Of a stretch of DNA of 24,000 nt, positions 1-7,388 are shown one piece after another. Position numbers and translations under genes: made by a program. The DNA is from Stenotrophomonas phage RAS14. The notes beneath the pieces are model-generated. The model ran no database searches. It was not told where the DNA came from and saw only the letters and a program-made list of their open reading frames with translations. The DNA lies in the sequence record OP752703.1; one strand, given 5' to 3'. Each line of letters opens with the position of its first letter. The first letter of the stretch is position 1.

Positions 1-163
1 TCATCTTTTCAATGAAAGCTATCTGTGCCTCAGTGAATGGTGGCGGTGCCTCTTCTACTTCTACAGGCTTCGGTACAATAACTGCACCACGACCGTTATT
101 CATATTCATCCATGGATCGGCGTATTCATCTAAATCGTCATTGTCCCAATCTAGGTCAGGCAT
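1..163 (-). CDS. hypothetical acidic protein, partial (runs off the window)
   Basis: Minus-strand frame from ATG at 163 reads MPDLDWDNDDLDEYADPWMNMNNGRGAVIVPKPVEVEEAPPPFTEAQIAFIEKM to window edge; consensus-like promoter just upstream. Confidence 0.65.
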   Translation of the reverse strand, partial: MPDLDWDNDDLDEYADPWMNMNNGRGAVIVPKPVEVEEAPPPFTEAQIAFIEKM

Positions 164-182
164 GGTATTCTCCTTTTCAGAA

Positions 183-211
183 ATTATAAACCCCTCCGAC
201 TGGATTGTCAA
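183..211 (-). promoter_or_regulatory. sigma70-like promoter TTGACA-N17-TATAAT
   Basis: Reverse complement reads TTGACAATCCAGTCGGAGGGGTTTATAAT; lies between tRNA-Arg and the ORF starting at 163; overlaps an AACCCCTC/GAGGGGTT inverted repeat. Confidence 0.75.
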
Positions 212-226
212 GAGGGGTTTTTGAAT

Positions 227-302
227 TGGCGCGCCCGGAGGGATTCGAACCCCCAACCAACAAGGTAGAAGCTTGTTGCTCTATCCATTGAGCTACGGAC
301 GC
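227..302 (-). tRNA. tRNA-Arg(TCT)
   Basis: Cloverleaf GCGTCCG..GCTC/GAGC..ACAAG CTTCTAC CTTGT..GGGGG TTCGAAT CCCTC..CGGGCGC G CCA (CCA encoded). Confidence 0.93.
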
Positions 303-308
303 ATTGAA

Positions 309-494
309 TTAATTGCTAAGAATAAACTTAACCATGGAACCAACGGGAATCACCCACCAGCACCCCATCCATACGAATGAGTAGCTCTTAGCCTTCTGTG
401 TTACGTTATGGTTCAGGTAACACAGCATCACAGGGAATGCACCGATTCCCATCATAACAGCACACAGTGCGAATTTAGCGAACTGCAAGTCCAT
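309..494 (-). CDS. small membrane protein, hypothetical
   Basis: ORF, hydrophobic segments. Confidence 0.5.
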   Translation of the reverse strand: MDLQFAKFALCAVMMGIGAFPVMLCYLNHNVTQKAKSYSFVWMGCWWVIPVGSMVKFILSN

Positions 495-693
495 TGTTAT
501 CTTCCAGTAGAATGCGAATGTCAGTCACGTGATGCCAGTCCCAGCGATCACCATAACCAGAGGTTTTGTTATGAGTATTTACTGCCTCGAAAGCTTCTTC
601 TTCCGTTTCAAACTTCCCCTTAAAGTCATCCATACCACCTTCGGGGTAATAGTGGTGTCCAGCAAAGAGAAGATACGGCTTTTCAATAGTCAT
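475..693 (-). CDS. hypothetical protein
   Basis: ORF in gapless co-directional array. Confidence 0.65.
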   Translation of the reverse strand: MTIEKPYLLFAGHHYYPEGGMDDFKGKFETEEEAFEAVNTHNKTSGYGDRWDWHHVTDIRILLEDNNGLAVR

Positions 694-950
694 TAGTCTC
701 GTCCGGGTAGTTGGTCACGCCATTGTAGATAGTAATCGCGGATAATGCAATACTCTTTCAGCAGCTTTTTCTTAACGACTCGTTCATCATAACCAAGGAT
801 TAGATGAATCACATCCTTGGCTTCCTGTGAGAGTGAATCAAACGCCTCCTTACATACACTAAGGATTACATCCCTGTCAAGTCTAGAAGACGTTATGATC
901 GCACAAACACTGATTTCTTCGTTGGTAAGAACAACCTTACTGATTTTCAT
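693..950 (-). CDS. hypothetical protein
   Basis: ORF in gapless co-directional array. Confidence 0.65.
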   Translation of the reverse strand: MKISKVVLTNEEISVCAIITSSRLDRDVILSVCKEAFDSLSQEAKDVIHLILGYDERVVKKKLLKEYCIIRDYYLQWRDQLPGRD

Positions 951-1270
951 TAGAGAGTTGCAGACTCAGTTGTGGATTTGTCTGAAAGATTAACCTTCTC
1001 GACCCTGCCATTGTGGAAATACAGGATAGCACAGCCTTTGCGACTCCACCACTGTGTAGAGTCGTATTCATACACAGAATGCTTATCAATCTGCGGACTA
1101 TCATACGGACCATCAGGATAGGAAGGGGACCAACGTTCGCCACAACACTCACACCATTCAGAGTGATCCTCAGTGATTTGGTTTAGACGGCTAGCCGCAT
1201 AATCTTCCGAAGGAGCTTCGATCAACACGTAAACACCTACTTCATCATTTTCAATGAAGTATCCGGCCAC
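950..1270 (-). CDS. hypothetical protein
   Basis: ORF in gapless co-directional array. Confidence 0.7.
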   Translation of the reverse strand: MAGYFIENDEVGVYVLIEAPSEDYAASRLNQITEDHSEWCECCGERWSPSYPDGPYDSPQIDKHSVYEYDSTQWWSRKGCAILYFHNGRVEKVNLSDKSTTESATL

Positions 1271-1326
1271 TGTTGTTCTGGCTGAAAGTATACCACTTTA
1301 AATCAGGTGGTGTTGCATTTGCTTCT

Positions 1327-1635
1327 TTAATTACTGTCACTCTTGACATTGGGAATTACTCCTACGATTTTTGAGGCATCTACGATAAAATATTCATCAC
1401 GACCATCCATGACAGGATGACCAGCAGTTTCAGGAACAATTACAGTATCGCCTACTTTTACTGCCGGTGCAACTACATCGCCATTATCTAGTGGCTTGCC
1501 CGGACCAACGGCTACGACTTCGCAGCGGGTCTTATCAACGGGAGCATTAGCTAGGACGATACCGAATTCGCTACGCACTTCATCAACAATGATGGGCTTA
1601 ACGATGATGTTGTTAAAAAGGGGTTTGATATTCAT
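1327..1635 (-). CDS. GroES-like co-chaperonin
   Basis: MNIKPLFNNIIVKPI..GIVLANA..EVVAVGPGKPLDNG..VKVGDTVIVPE matches Cpn10/GroES motif order. Confidence 0.88.
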   Translation of the reverse strand: MNIKPLFNNIIVKPIIVDEVRSEFGIVLANAPVDKTRCEVVAVGPGKPLDNGDVVAPAVKVGDTVIVPETAGHPVMDGRDEYFIVDASKIVGVIPNVKSDSN

Positions 1636-1666
1636 GTGGCTATTATACTTGGTATTTCTGAAAAGT

Positions 1667-1690
1667 AAAGGGGGATATTACTCCCCCTTT
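1667..1690 (-). terminator. hairpin, possible terminator
   Basis: AAAGGGGG/CCCCCTTT inverted repeat with 8-nt loop between ORFs. Confidence 0.5.
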
Positions 1691-2427
1691 GGTTTCCATT
1701 GCTTACGGCGCTTGCTGTTCGTCTTCCACGAAACCTCTGATCGCTTGGCCGCGACGGGAACATCGTCCCATACAGTGCGGATGTGGCGACGGTTACGCTT
1801 GGCACGTCCGAACTTGAACCCGTCTTCATCTTCGGTGTTGTGGCCTTCGGTCGCACGGAGTTCACCACTCGTCCTTGGGCTACGCGTCCACCACCAGCAG
1901 ACTTGCTCTAGTTCTTCTTCACCTTGTCCACGAACATCACTCACGCGACGTTCTACCTTGTGGAATTCCTTGATCTTAGCAGCGTTCTTCTTGTTGGTCA
2001 AACGTGCTTCGGTTTGGGCAGTCCACTTGGCGGGACGGGACCAGTATCGACCGGTGTAGGGTGGGTGGACGTACTCGGGAGCGCGTGCCACTTCCCTAGC
2101 GGTGATGATAGCACCGTAGTTGTTGCGGATCAAGAACGGGAACGAACCTTCTACGAATTCGTACTTGCTCTGCCAGTACGTTACGTAAGTGTGCTTCTTC
2201 CAATCGTGACGGTACTTGATTCCGGTTTCATTCACCAAATCGTACACGGTCAAGTGTTCAGCCCCGATGTAGTAACCGCTGTAACGGCTACGGACCATGC
2301 TGAGGATGTAGTTCTTTACCGCGCTGAGGGAACTGAAATAGACGGGGATTTTGTCGAAGTCATCGTATACGTTGGTGACGCTGTAGGTGTATTCGACGGG
2401 TTCGACAATGTGTAGGGTCTTGCTCAT
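1678..2427 (-). CDS. hypothetical protein
   Basis: 249-aa ORF, ATG start, co-directional. Confidence 0.85.
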   Translation of the reverse strand: MSKTLHIVEPVEYTYSVTNVYDDFDKIPVYFSSLSAVKNYILSMVRSRYSGYYIGAEHLTVYDLVNETGIKYRHDWKKHTYVTYWQSKYEFVEGSFPFLIRNNYGAIITAREVARAPEYVHPPYTGRYWSRPAKWTAQTEARLTNKKNAAKIKEFHKVERRVSDVRGQGEEELEQVCWWWTRSPRTSGELRATEGHNTEDEDGFKFGRAKRNRRHIRTVWDDVPVAAKRSEVSWKTNSKRRKQWKPKGE

Positions 2428-2502
2428 GTTTAGTCTCCTTTAATTAACCTAAACTAGACATGATGACCTCCTTTATTATTGAATTTGTTCATTAGTTACC
2501 TT

Positions 2503-2820
2503 TTAGTATTGATACAACTCTTGGTTGATACCCATGACGGTATCATAAATCTGGTCGATGCGAGTGATGTGGTACGGAATCATTGCCATATTGGCTGGCT
2601 TCGCTTCCTCATACATCTGGAACACTGGCACCTTATCATCAGTTTCCACCTTAATGATAAACGGCTTGTCACGCAATAGTACACGGAACGAGGCAATATA
2701 GCAATCATTCCTTAGAAGCTCTGCACTCATGGATAAACCAGTGAGATTTAGCCATTCCATGACAAAAATAAGCTTAATGAAGTCTGCACGTTCAGGTGAA
2801 GTGGACACTGTAGGGTTCAT
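2503..2820 (-). CDS. hypothetical protein
   Basis: ORF 2503..2922 with likely internal start MNPTVSTSPERADF; the upstream part of the ORF overlaps tRNA-Ser and the promoter. Confidence 0.75.
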   Translation of the reverse strand: MNPTVSTSPERADFIKLIFVMEWLNLTGLSMSAELLRNDCYIASFRVLLRDKPFIIKVETDDKVPVFQMYEEAKPANMAMIPYHITRIDQIYDTVMGINQELYQY

Positions 2821-2827
2821 GGGAAGA

Positions 2828-2856
2828 AGTATAAGAGAGGGACAACGATGTGTCAA
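2828..2856 (-). promoter_or_regulatory. sigma70-like promoter TTGACA-N17-TATACT
   Basis: Reverse complement TTGACACATCGTTGTCCCTCTCTTATACT directly upstream of the 2503..2820 ORF. Confidence 0.75.
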
Positions 2857-2864
2857 GAGGAATT

Positions 2865-2954
2865 TGGCGGATACGGAAGGATTCGAACCTTCGGTCCCGG
2901 TTAAGGGACGCTCCCTTAGCAAGGGAGTGCTTTAGGCCACTCAGCCACGTATCC
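2865..2954 (-). tRNA. tRNA-Ser(GCT)
   Basis: Class II: GGATACG/CGTATCC acceptor, CTCCC TTGCTAA GGGAG anticodon arm, long variable arm, GAAGG TTCGAAT CCTTC, CCA encoded. Confidence 0.93.
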
Positions 2955-2962
2955 GTAAAAGT

Positions 2963-3039
2963 TGGGGGAGAGTGGGGGAATCGAACCCGCCATACCCGCA
3001 GTCACAGTGCAGGACTCTAACCGTTGAGATAACTCTCCC
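2963..3039 (-). tRNA. tRNA-His(GTG)
   Basis: Anticodon arm CTGCA CTGTGAC TGCGG; acceptor with G-1 opposite C73; CCA encoded. Confidence 0.88.
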
Positions 3040-3043
3040 ATAT

Positions 3044-3132
3044 TATCAAATGCGTGCTTACCATCACACTCGGGTAGCTATCATGGAGCTACTGCCATTT
3101 CCCTTGGTTCTGACCCAAGTCTTCATTTGATA
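3044..3132 (-). ncRNA. tRNA-like/cloverleaf-like RNA element lacking a D-arm
   Basis: 9-bp closing stem TATCAAATG/CATTTGATA; internal CTTGG-(7)-CCAAG and GTAGCT-(7)-AGCTAC hairpins; packed between tRNA-His and tRNA-Val. Confidence 0.5.
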
Positions 3133-3137
3133 GTTGT

Positions 3138-3187
3138 TGGAGCCGATAGGGCGGAAGAAGCCTCTTCCGGGCTTTCCCTTAATCGGC
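3138..3187 (-). ncRNA. 50-nt CCA-terminated mini tRNA-like element
   Basis: GCCGATT...ATCGGC-T-CCA; internal GGAAGA-GGCT-TCTTCC hairpin; no canonical D or T arm. Confidence 0.5.
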
Positions 3188-3195
3188 ATAGAATC

Positions 3196-3271
3196 TGGTG
3201 GATCGTGTAGGGTTCGAACCTACGACAATCGCCTTGTAAGGGCGGCGCTCTACCAACTGAGCTAACGATCC
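3196..3271 (-). tRNA. tRNA-Val(TAC)
   Basis: GGATCGT/ACGATCC acceptor, loop CTTACAA, GTAGG TTCGAAC CCTAC, CCA encoded. Confidence 0.92.
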
Positions 3272-3283
3272 ATTTTGTGTATG

Positions 3284-3667
3284 TTACCAGCGATTATGCA
3301 TTTCGTCAACAGTCGGTAGCTCGGTCCAGTCGGTCGCCCCATCATAGATCGGGGAAATCAGGTCACGAATTACTACCAAGTTTTCTTCGGTGAAATCACC
3401 ACTACTATAGTTGTCTTCCGTCTTAAGGGAACCCATGTACTTGGTTTGCTGGATGATGACGTTTTTAATCTCTAGGTCTAGAGGCTGTTCTGGCTTCAAG
3501 CGACTATCCTTAGCATTAATGATAATGGTTAGATTATCCGCAGGCTTCCATACGTACTTTACCGTATACCACGACCTATCGGTGTAATAGGAATTAGTGG
3601 TTTTGGTTCGAGTCAGTTCCGATGGAATCGACCCGATAATCTCTAGAAAACGCTGTGAAAGGTGCAT
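3284..3667 (-). CDS. hypothetical protein; weak similarity to 3853..4233 product
   Basis: 127-aa ORF between tRNAs. Confidence 0.75.
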   Translation of the reverse strand: MHLSQRFLEIIGSIPSELTRTKTTNSYYTDRSWYTVKYVWKPADNLTIIINAKDSRLKPEQPLDLEIKNVIIQQTKYMGSLKTEDNYSSGDFTEENLVVIRDLISPIYDGATDWTELPTVDEMHNRW

Positions 3668-3682
3668 ACGTCTCTTCTAAAT

Positions 3683-3758
3683 TGGTGGAGCCTATCGGGA
3701 TCGAACCGATTACCTTCTGCGTGCAAGGCAGACGCTCTCCCAAGTGAGCTAAGGCCCC
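3683..3758 (-). tRNA. tRNA-Ala(TGC)
   Basis: GGGGCCT/AGGCTCC, TCTGC CTTGCAC GCAGA, CCA encoded. Confidence 0.93.
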
Positions 3759-3766
3759 ATGTTAAA

Positions 3767-3846
3767 TGGACCGGGCGACAGGGGTCGAACCTGCATTTTC
3801 ATCCATTACCTGAGTCAACGTTCGTAGCGTTGCTGGTTACACCCGG
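3767..3846 (-). tRNA. aberrant tRNA-like element, Arg(ACG)-type anticodon arm, no D-arm
   Basis: CCGGGTG/CGCCCGG acceptor + T + CCA; CAACG CTACGAA CGTTG; GCAGG TTCGACC CCTGT; only TAACCAG separates acceptor and anticodon stem; 21-nt variable region. Confidence 0.6.
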
Positions 3847-3852
3847 AGTATA

Positions 3853-4233
3853 TTACAAAAACTTGTTAAAATCAACTACATCTCTAGGATAAATTTCACC
3901 ATCTTTAGGATGGGAAGCTCTCTCTACTAGGAACTTGCGATCTTCCGTGGAGATATTCTCAACAGGAATAGTCACAGTTCGTTTCAGCAAACCGTAAAAG
4001 AACGGAGTCTTGATTAAAACGTTGCGTAGCTTGTACGGCTTATTGCTTCTATTCATGTAATTCTCTAGAAGCTCTACGACTACAACCTTCTTATTAGGAA
4101 GTCGCCATGTTGTGGTAACCAAGGCTTTGTGGTCGAAATAATCGCCACCTGTCCATCTTGTATCACGATCACATGTGGTAGCTTGGTATTTCAGGTAGTC
4201 TAGAAAATTTAAACCTTCATCTGATTCAGACAT
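3853..4233 (-). CDS. hypothetical protein
   Basis: 126-aa ORF between tRNAs. Confidence 0.75.
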   Translation of the reverse strand: MSESDEGLNFLDYLKYQATTCDRDTRWTGGDYFDHKALVTTTWRLPNKKVVVVELLENYMNRSNKPYKLRNVLIKTPFFYGLLKRTVTIPVENISTEDRKFLVERASHPKDGEIYPRDVVDFNKFL

Positions 4234-4250
4234 AAATTTCCTTTGGGATT

Positions 4251-4327
4251 TGGTTGGACTAGCGGGACTTGAACCTGCGACCTCCCGGTTATCAGCCGGA
4301 CGCTCTAACCAACTGAGCTATAGTCCA
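4251..4327 (-). tRNA. tRNA-Ile(GAT)
   Basis: TGGACTA/TAGTCCA, TCCGG CTGATAA CCGGG, CCA encoded. Confidence 0.93.
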
Positions 4328-4347
4328 TTACTTTAATTGTTACTTAT

Positions 4348-4608
4348 TTAGGCGGGTAGAATATTCAGTGTCACCTTACGAGTAAGGATAACAACCGAGT
4401 CAGTCCCATCTTCATTGTCGCCGTAGACTTCAATGATGCCCTTGTTAAGGTCTAGGCATACATCATAGTGCTTATCGGTCGGGAAGTCAAGCCCTTCCTT
4501 GAACTGCGCCTGATAGAACATCAGGGCCATTGTTTCCAGTTCATCCCAGCCGCCCCATGATTCAATGAATGAGGATTCGATACCTTCGGGAATGATGCGT
4601 TCAGACAT
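4348..4608 (-). CDS. hypothetical protein
   Basis: ORF; likely start MSERIIPEGIE. Confidence 0.7.
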   Translation of the reverse strand: MSERIIPEGIESSFIESWGGWDELETMALMFYQAQFKEGLDFPTDKHYDVCLDLNKGIIEVYGDNEDGTDSVVILTRKVTLNILPA

Positions 4609-4618
4609 TTTTATACCT

Positions 4619-4813
4619 TTATTGTTTAACGCACAGGGCATGTGCGTTGATGATTTGATAAGTGTACTTTCGATTCTTCTGTTGCGCAATCCATGCGTTA
4701 CCGGCTGCTAGGCAACCGGCTTCGCTTTTGAATCCATCAACATTATGAATGGACGCCGAGCTTTCATAGCTATGGGGCGCAACCAGCATTAGCGTCAGGA
4801 TCAGAGTATACAT
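4619..4813 (-). CDS. hypothetical exported protein
   Basis: ORF with N-terminal hydrophobic segment. Confidence 0.6.
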   Translation of the reverse strand: MYTLILTLMLVAPHSYESSASIHNVDGFKSEAGCLAAGNAWIAQQKNRKYTYQIINAHALCVKQ

Positions 4814-5199
4814 TACTTGGCCGGTTCAAAGGTAGTGGTAGTCTTGCCGTCCTTGGTGGAGCGAATGACGGTGTAGCCTACGATCTTTTCACAGATACGG
4901 GTGTTGTGGAGGTTCGATGCAACGAGCGCACCGGTTACAGCACCGCCAATACCCCACAGGTCTTGATTTGAGGCGTTTGCAGCACGTGAGCCGCCCTTAC
5001 CTACCAGATAGCCAGCACCAGCGCCGATAGCGGCATTCAGGAGCTTGTCAGTGCTAGTCTGCTCACAGGTTTGCTCAATCTTCGGGATACGGGTTTCAAT
5101 CGTACCATCCGGTAGCTGAGTGGTTTCCGAGGCGACGGTCTGAGCCGAAGCAAAAGCCGAGACGGACATTAGAGCAACAGCCAGTAGAACGTTCTTCAT
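4813..5199 (-). CDS. exported glycine-zipper-like protein
   Basis: Signal peptide MKNVLLAVALMSVSAFASAQ, then AAIGAGAGYLVGKGGSRAAN..GIGGAVTGALV. Confidence 0.75.
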   Translation of the reverse strand: MKNVLLAVALMSVSAFASAQTVASETTQLPDGTIETRIPKIEQTCEQTSTDKLLNAAIGAGAGYLVGKGGSRAANASNQDLWGIGGAVTGALVASNLHNTRICEKIVGYTVIRSTKDGKTTTTFEPAK

Positions 5200-5230
5200 T
5201 TGTTTAGTTTCCTAGTTGGTAGGTGGTTAG

Positions 5231-5259
5231 TATAGAGTGGTTTGAAACAGGTGTCAAGC
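5231..5259 (-). promoter_or_regulatory. sigma70-like promoter TTGACA-N17-TATACT
   Basis: Reverse complement TTGACACCTGTTTCAAACCACTCTATACT upstream of 4813..5199. Confidence 0.75.
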
Positions 5260-5265
5260 AATTTC

Positions 5266-5781
5266 TTAGTAGACTAGCATTGCCTTTTCAAGGTAGCTTG
5301 CCATCTTGGTAAAGTTATTGACGTGTTCCGAACGGGTCACAGTCTTGTGCTGGTTAATCTTACGGGTTACGCGGCCAATTTCATCGTTCAGTTCGGAGAC
5401 GCATTCGTCTTCACTCTTGATGTACGGATCACCAGACTTGTTGTTCCAGCTATTGACATACAGCATACCAGCTTCCTCTAGGTACTTGTGGCTAGGGAAG
5501 TTTGCCCATTCGCCTAGATCGCAGGTTTCACTCTTAAAGGAATTCTCCACGACCTTGCCGTTATTAACATACTGCTCAACGCCGAGGCAGCAGAAACCAC
5601 CCGAGACTGAACTATGTAGCTGGCCATCGTCCTGAATGTATTCACCAGAGCGCAGAGCCTTTAGCCACTTCTGAGCGCGCTTCTTCGGCATTAGAATGGT
5701 GTATCCCTGATCGAATAGGGCAACTTCGATCTTCTTATCTTTAAGCATCTTTTCAGCTTGTGCTTTAGTTACAGTCTTCAT
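5266..5781 (-). CDS. hypothetical protein, paralog A (GGFCCLGVEQY motif)
   Basis: 171-aa ORF; alignable along its length with next ORF. Confidence 0.85.
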   Translation of the reverse strand: MKTVTKAQAEKMLKDKKIEVALFDQGYTILMPKKRAQKWLKALRSGEYIQDDGQLHSSVSGGFCCLGVEQYVNNGKVVENSFKSETCDLGEWANFPSHKYLEEAGMLYVNSWNNKSGDPYIKSEDECVSELNDEIGRVTRKINQHKTVTRSEHVNNFTKMASYLEKAMLVY

Positions 5782-5811
5782 TGTTTTGGTTCCGTTGTTG
5801 GAGTAGGTGAA

Positions 5812-5841
5812 TTATAGAGGGTGGTTAGGGTGGTGTCAAGT
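5812..5841 (-). promoter_or_regulatory. sigma70-like promoter TTGACA-N17-TATAAT
   Basis: Reverse complement TTGACACCACCCTAACCACCCTCTATAAT. Confidence 0.75.
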
Positions 5842-5842
5842 C

Positions 5843-6352
5843 TTAGTAGACTAGCATCACTTCTTCAAGGTAATCCGCCATCTTGGCGAAATCGTTAGTA
5901 TGGAGCTTTACCTTCTTAGTTGCGTACTGGTTCACCTTCTTCTTAACTTCATAAGTGGAGTCGTTGAGGTTTGCAGTACGACCCTTGCGCAGTGCAGGAT
6001 TGCCAGTCTTGCAATTGTCTGCGTCAACGAACAGATAGCCACGCTCTTGCTGATAGCCAATGGTCGGATAACCGAGGAAGTTGCCGTTCTTATCCTTGTC
6101 ACTTTTGTAATTGTTTTCTACATAACCATCATTATTGCAATACTGCTCAACGCCGAGGCAGCAGAAACCACCAGTCGTCGGATTATGAAGCACCATCGCT
6201 GACTGAATATATTCACCAGAGCGCAGTGCGTCAAGCCAATTCTGTGCAGCTTCCTTCGGCATTAGAATCGTATACTTCTTTTTGAAATACGAACTACTGA
6301 TGCGACCAGCATCCAGCATGTTCTGAGCTTCTGTCTTGGTTACAGTCTTCAT
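5843..6352 (-). CDS. hypothetical protein, paralog B (GGFCCLGVEQY motif)
   Basis: Start MKTVTKTEAQNML within longer ORF; shares MKTVTK, YTILMPK, LRSGEYIQ, GGFCCLGVEQY and MLVY terminus with paralog A. Confidence 0.82.
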   Translation of the reverse strand: MKTVTKTEAQNMLDAGRISSSYFKKKYTILMPKEAAQNWLDALRSGEYIQSAMVLHNPTTGGFCCLGVEQYCNNDGYVENNYKSDKDKNGNFLGYPTIGYQQERGYLFVDADNCKTGNPALRKGRTANLNDSTYEVKKKVNQYATKKVKLHTNDFAKMADYLEEVMLVY

Positions 6353-6383
6353 GGGTTTGGTTCCGTTGTTGGAGTAGGTGCCT

Positions 6384-6412
6384 ATAATAAATCGGCCTAG
6401 ATGCCTTGTCAA
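6384..6412 (-). promoter_or_regulatory. sigma70-like promoter TTGACA-N17-TATTAT
   Basis: Reverse complement TTGACAAGGCATCTAGGCCGATTTATTAT. Confidence 0.75.
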
Positions 6413-6426
6413 CCCCTGAAACGAAG

Positions 6427-6448
6427 AAAACCACCCGAAGGTGGTTTT
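6427..6448 (-). terminator. Rho-independent terminator
   Basis: AAAACCACC-TTCG-GGTGGTTTT hairpin downstream of tRNA-Asn. Confidence 0.85.
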
Positions 6449-6453
6449 CAAAA

Positions 6454-6529
6454 TGGCGGACCTGATAGGATTCGAACCTATGACCCTCGCCTTAACAGGG
6501 CGATGCACTAACCGCTGTGCTACAGATCC
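6454..6529 (-). tRNA. tRNA-Asn(GTT)
   Basis: TCGCC CTGTTAA GGCGA; ATAGG TTCGAAT CCTAT; CCA encoded. Confidence 0.93.
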
Positions 6530-6554
6530 ATTAAATTATACAAACTATTTAGTA

Positions 6555-6734
6555 TTACTTTTTCTTACGTGTAAACTGCATGTTCTCAGTCCACAGTAGG
6601 TACATTGTGATAAGGCTCATGATAGCAGTTCCACCTACCAAGTCAACCCCTCGCACCCCTTGGAATGCACCGAATAGGAATCCGATGGCACTGATAGGGA
6701 GAGTCAGTAGTAAAGCAATGCCCAAACGCTTCAT
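6555..6734 (-). CDS. small membrane protein
   Basis: ORF, start MKRLGIALLLTLPISAIGF, two hydrophobic stretches. Confidence 0.65.
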   Translation of the reverse strand: MKRLGIALLLTLPISAIGFLFGAFQGVRGVDLVGGTAIMSLITMYLLWTENMQFTRKKK

Positions 6735-6748
6735 AGTTTTCCTTAAAT

Positions 6749-6823
6749 TGGAAGCCAGTGCGGGAGTCGAACCCACCTAAACGGATTTGCAATCCGTCAC
6801 ATCTGCCGCTCTGTCAACTGGCC
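6749..6823 (-). tRNA. tRNA-Cys(GCA)
   Basis: ACGGA TTGCAAA TCCGT; discriminator U; CCA encoded. Confidence 0.92.
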
Positions 6824-6827
6824 GTTG

Positions 6828-7061
6828 TTAAAGTGTAAGTATGCGGTAGATAAAGTAACCCATCGCACCTAGAATTGCAAGCCCTACAATAGTAGGCGCC
6901 CACGTTTTAATTGTTTCGCGTATCGCATCTATCAACATGACTAATAGCAAGATGAAAATTGCTATAGCCGTAGCTAATGGCTTCAAACAAAGAGCCATCG
7001 CCTTGCCAATCCATATCAACGTCCTAACGAATTTGGTATTATGCACGTTGTATTCTTCCAT
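6828..7061 (-). CDS. small membrane protein
   Basis: ORF with two TM-like segments. Confidence 0.65.
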   Translation of the reverse strand: MEEYNVHNTKFVRTLIWIGKAMALCLKPLATAIAIFILLLVMLIDAIRETIKTWAPTIVGLAILGAMGYFIYRILTL

Positions 7062-7079
7062 GTTAATACCTTATTTACC

Positions 7080-7388
7080 TTAGAGCTTGATTTCTTCGCG
7101 CTTGATCTTTCCATCAATCACGGTGTAGGAGTACAGAGTGCCATCTTCCTTACGGGCAATGCACATATCCATATCATACATGTACGTAGCTGATGGGTCA
7201 ATAGCTTGCTTGATACCACGACACTTGGAAACTGTCATAGGCTGTTTCGATTCGTAGCGGGTTGCTAGGTAAATCGGTACAGCAAAGATGGCTACACCAG
7301 TAGCCGCAGCTAGGATGACGCCAGCGGGCATCTTAATAGGTTCCCATACCGCGTTGAATGCGTCTTTAATCGGGGTTCTTGATGCCAT
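7080..7388 (-). CDS. membrane-anchored hypothetical protein
   Basis: ORF; likely start MASRTPIKDAF. Confidence 0.7.
   Translation of the reverse strand: MASRTPIKDAFNAVWEPIKMPAGVILAAATGVAIFAVPIYLATRYESKQPMTVSKCRGIKQAIDPSATYMYDMDMCIARKEDGTLYSYTVIDGKIKREEIKL

Noticed and set aside
7-224. Plus-strand ORF at the window start
   Set aside because: Antisense to a minus-strand acidic ORF that has a matching promoter.
1496-2059. 187-aa plus-strand ORF opposite the GroES-like and 1678..2427 genes
   Set aside because: Antisense to two well-supported genes; low-complexity S/R/P-rich product; likely a spurious antisense frame.
1924-2415. 163-aa plus-strand ORF
   Set aside because: Fully antisense to the 249-aa minus-strand ORF 1678..2427, which has better context.
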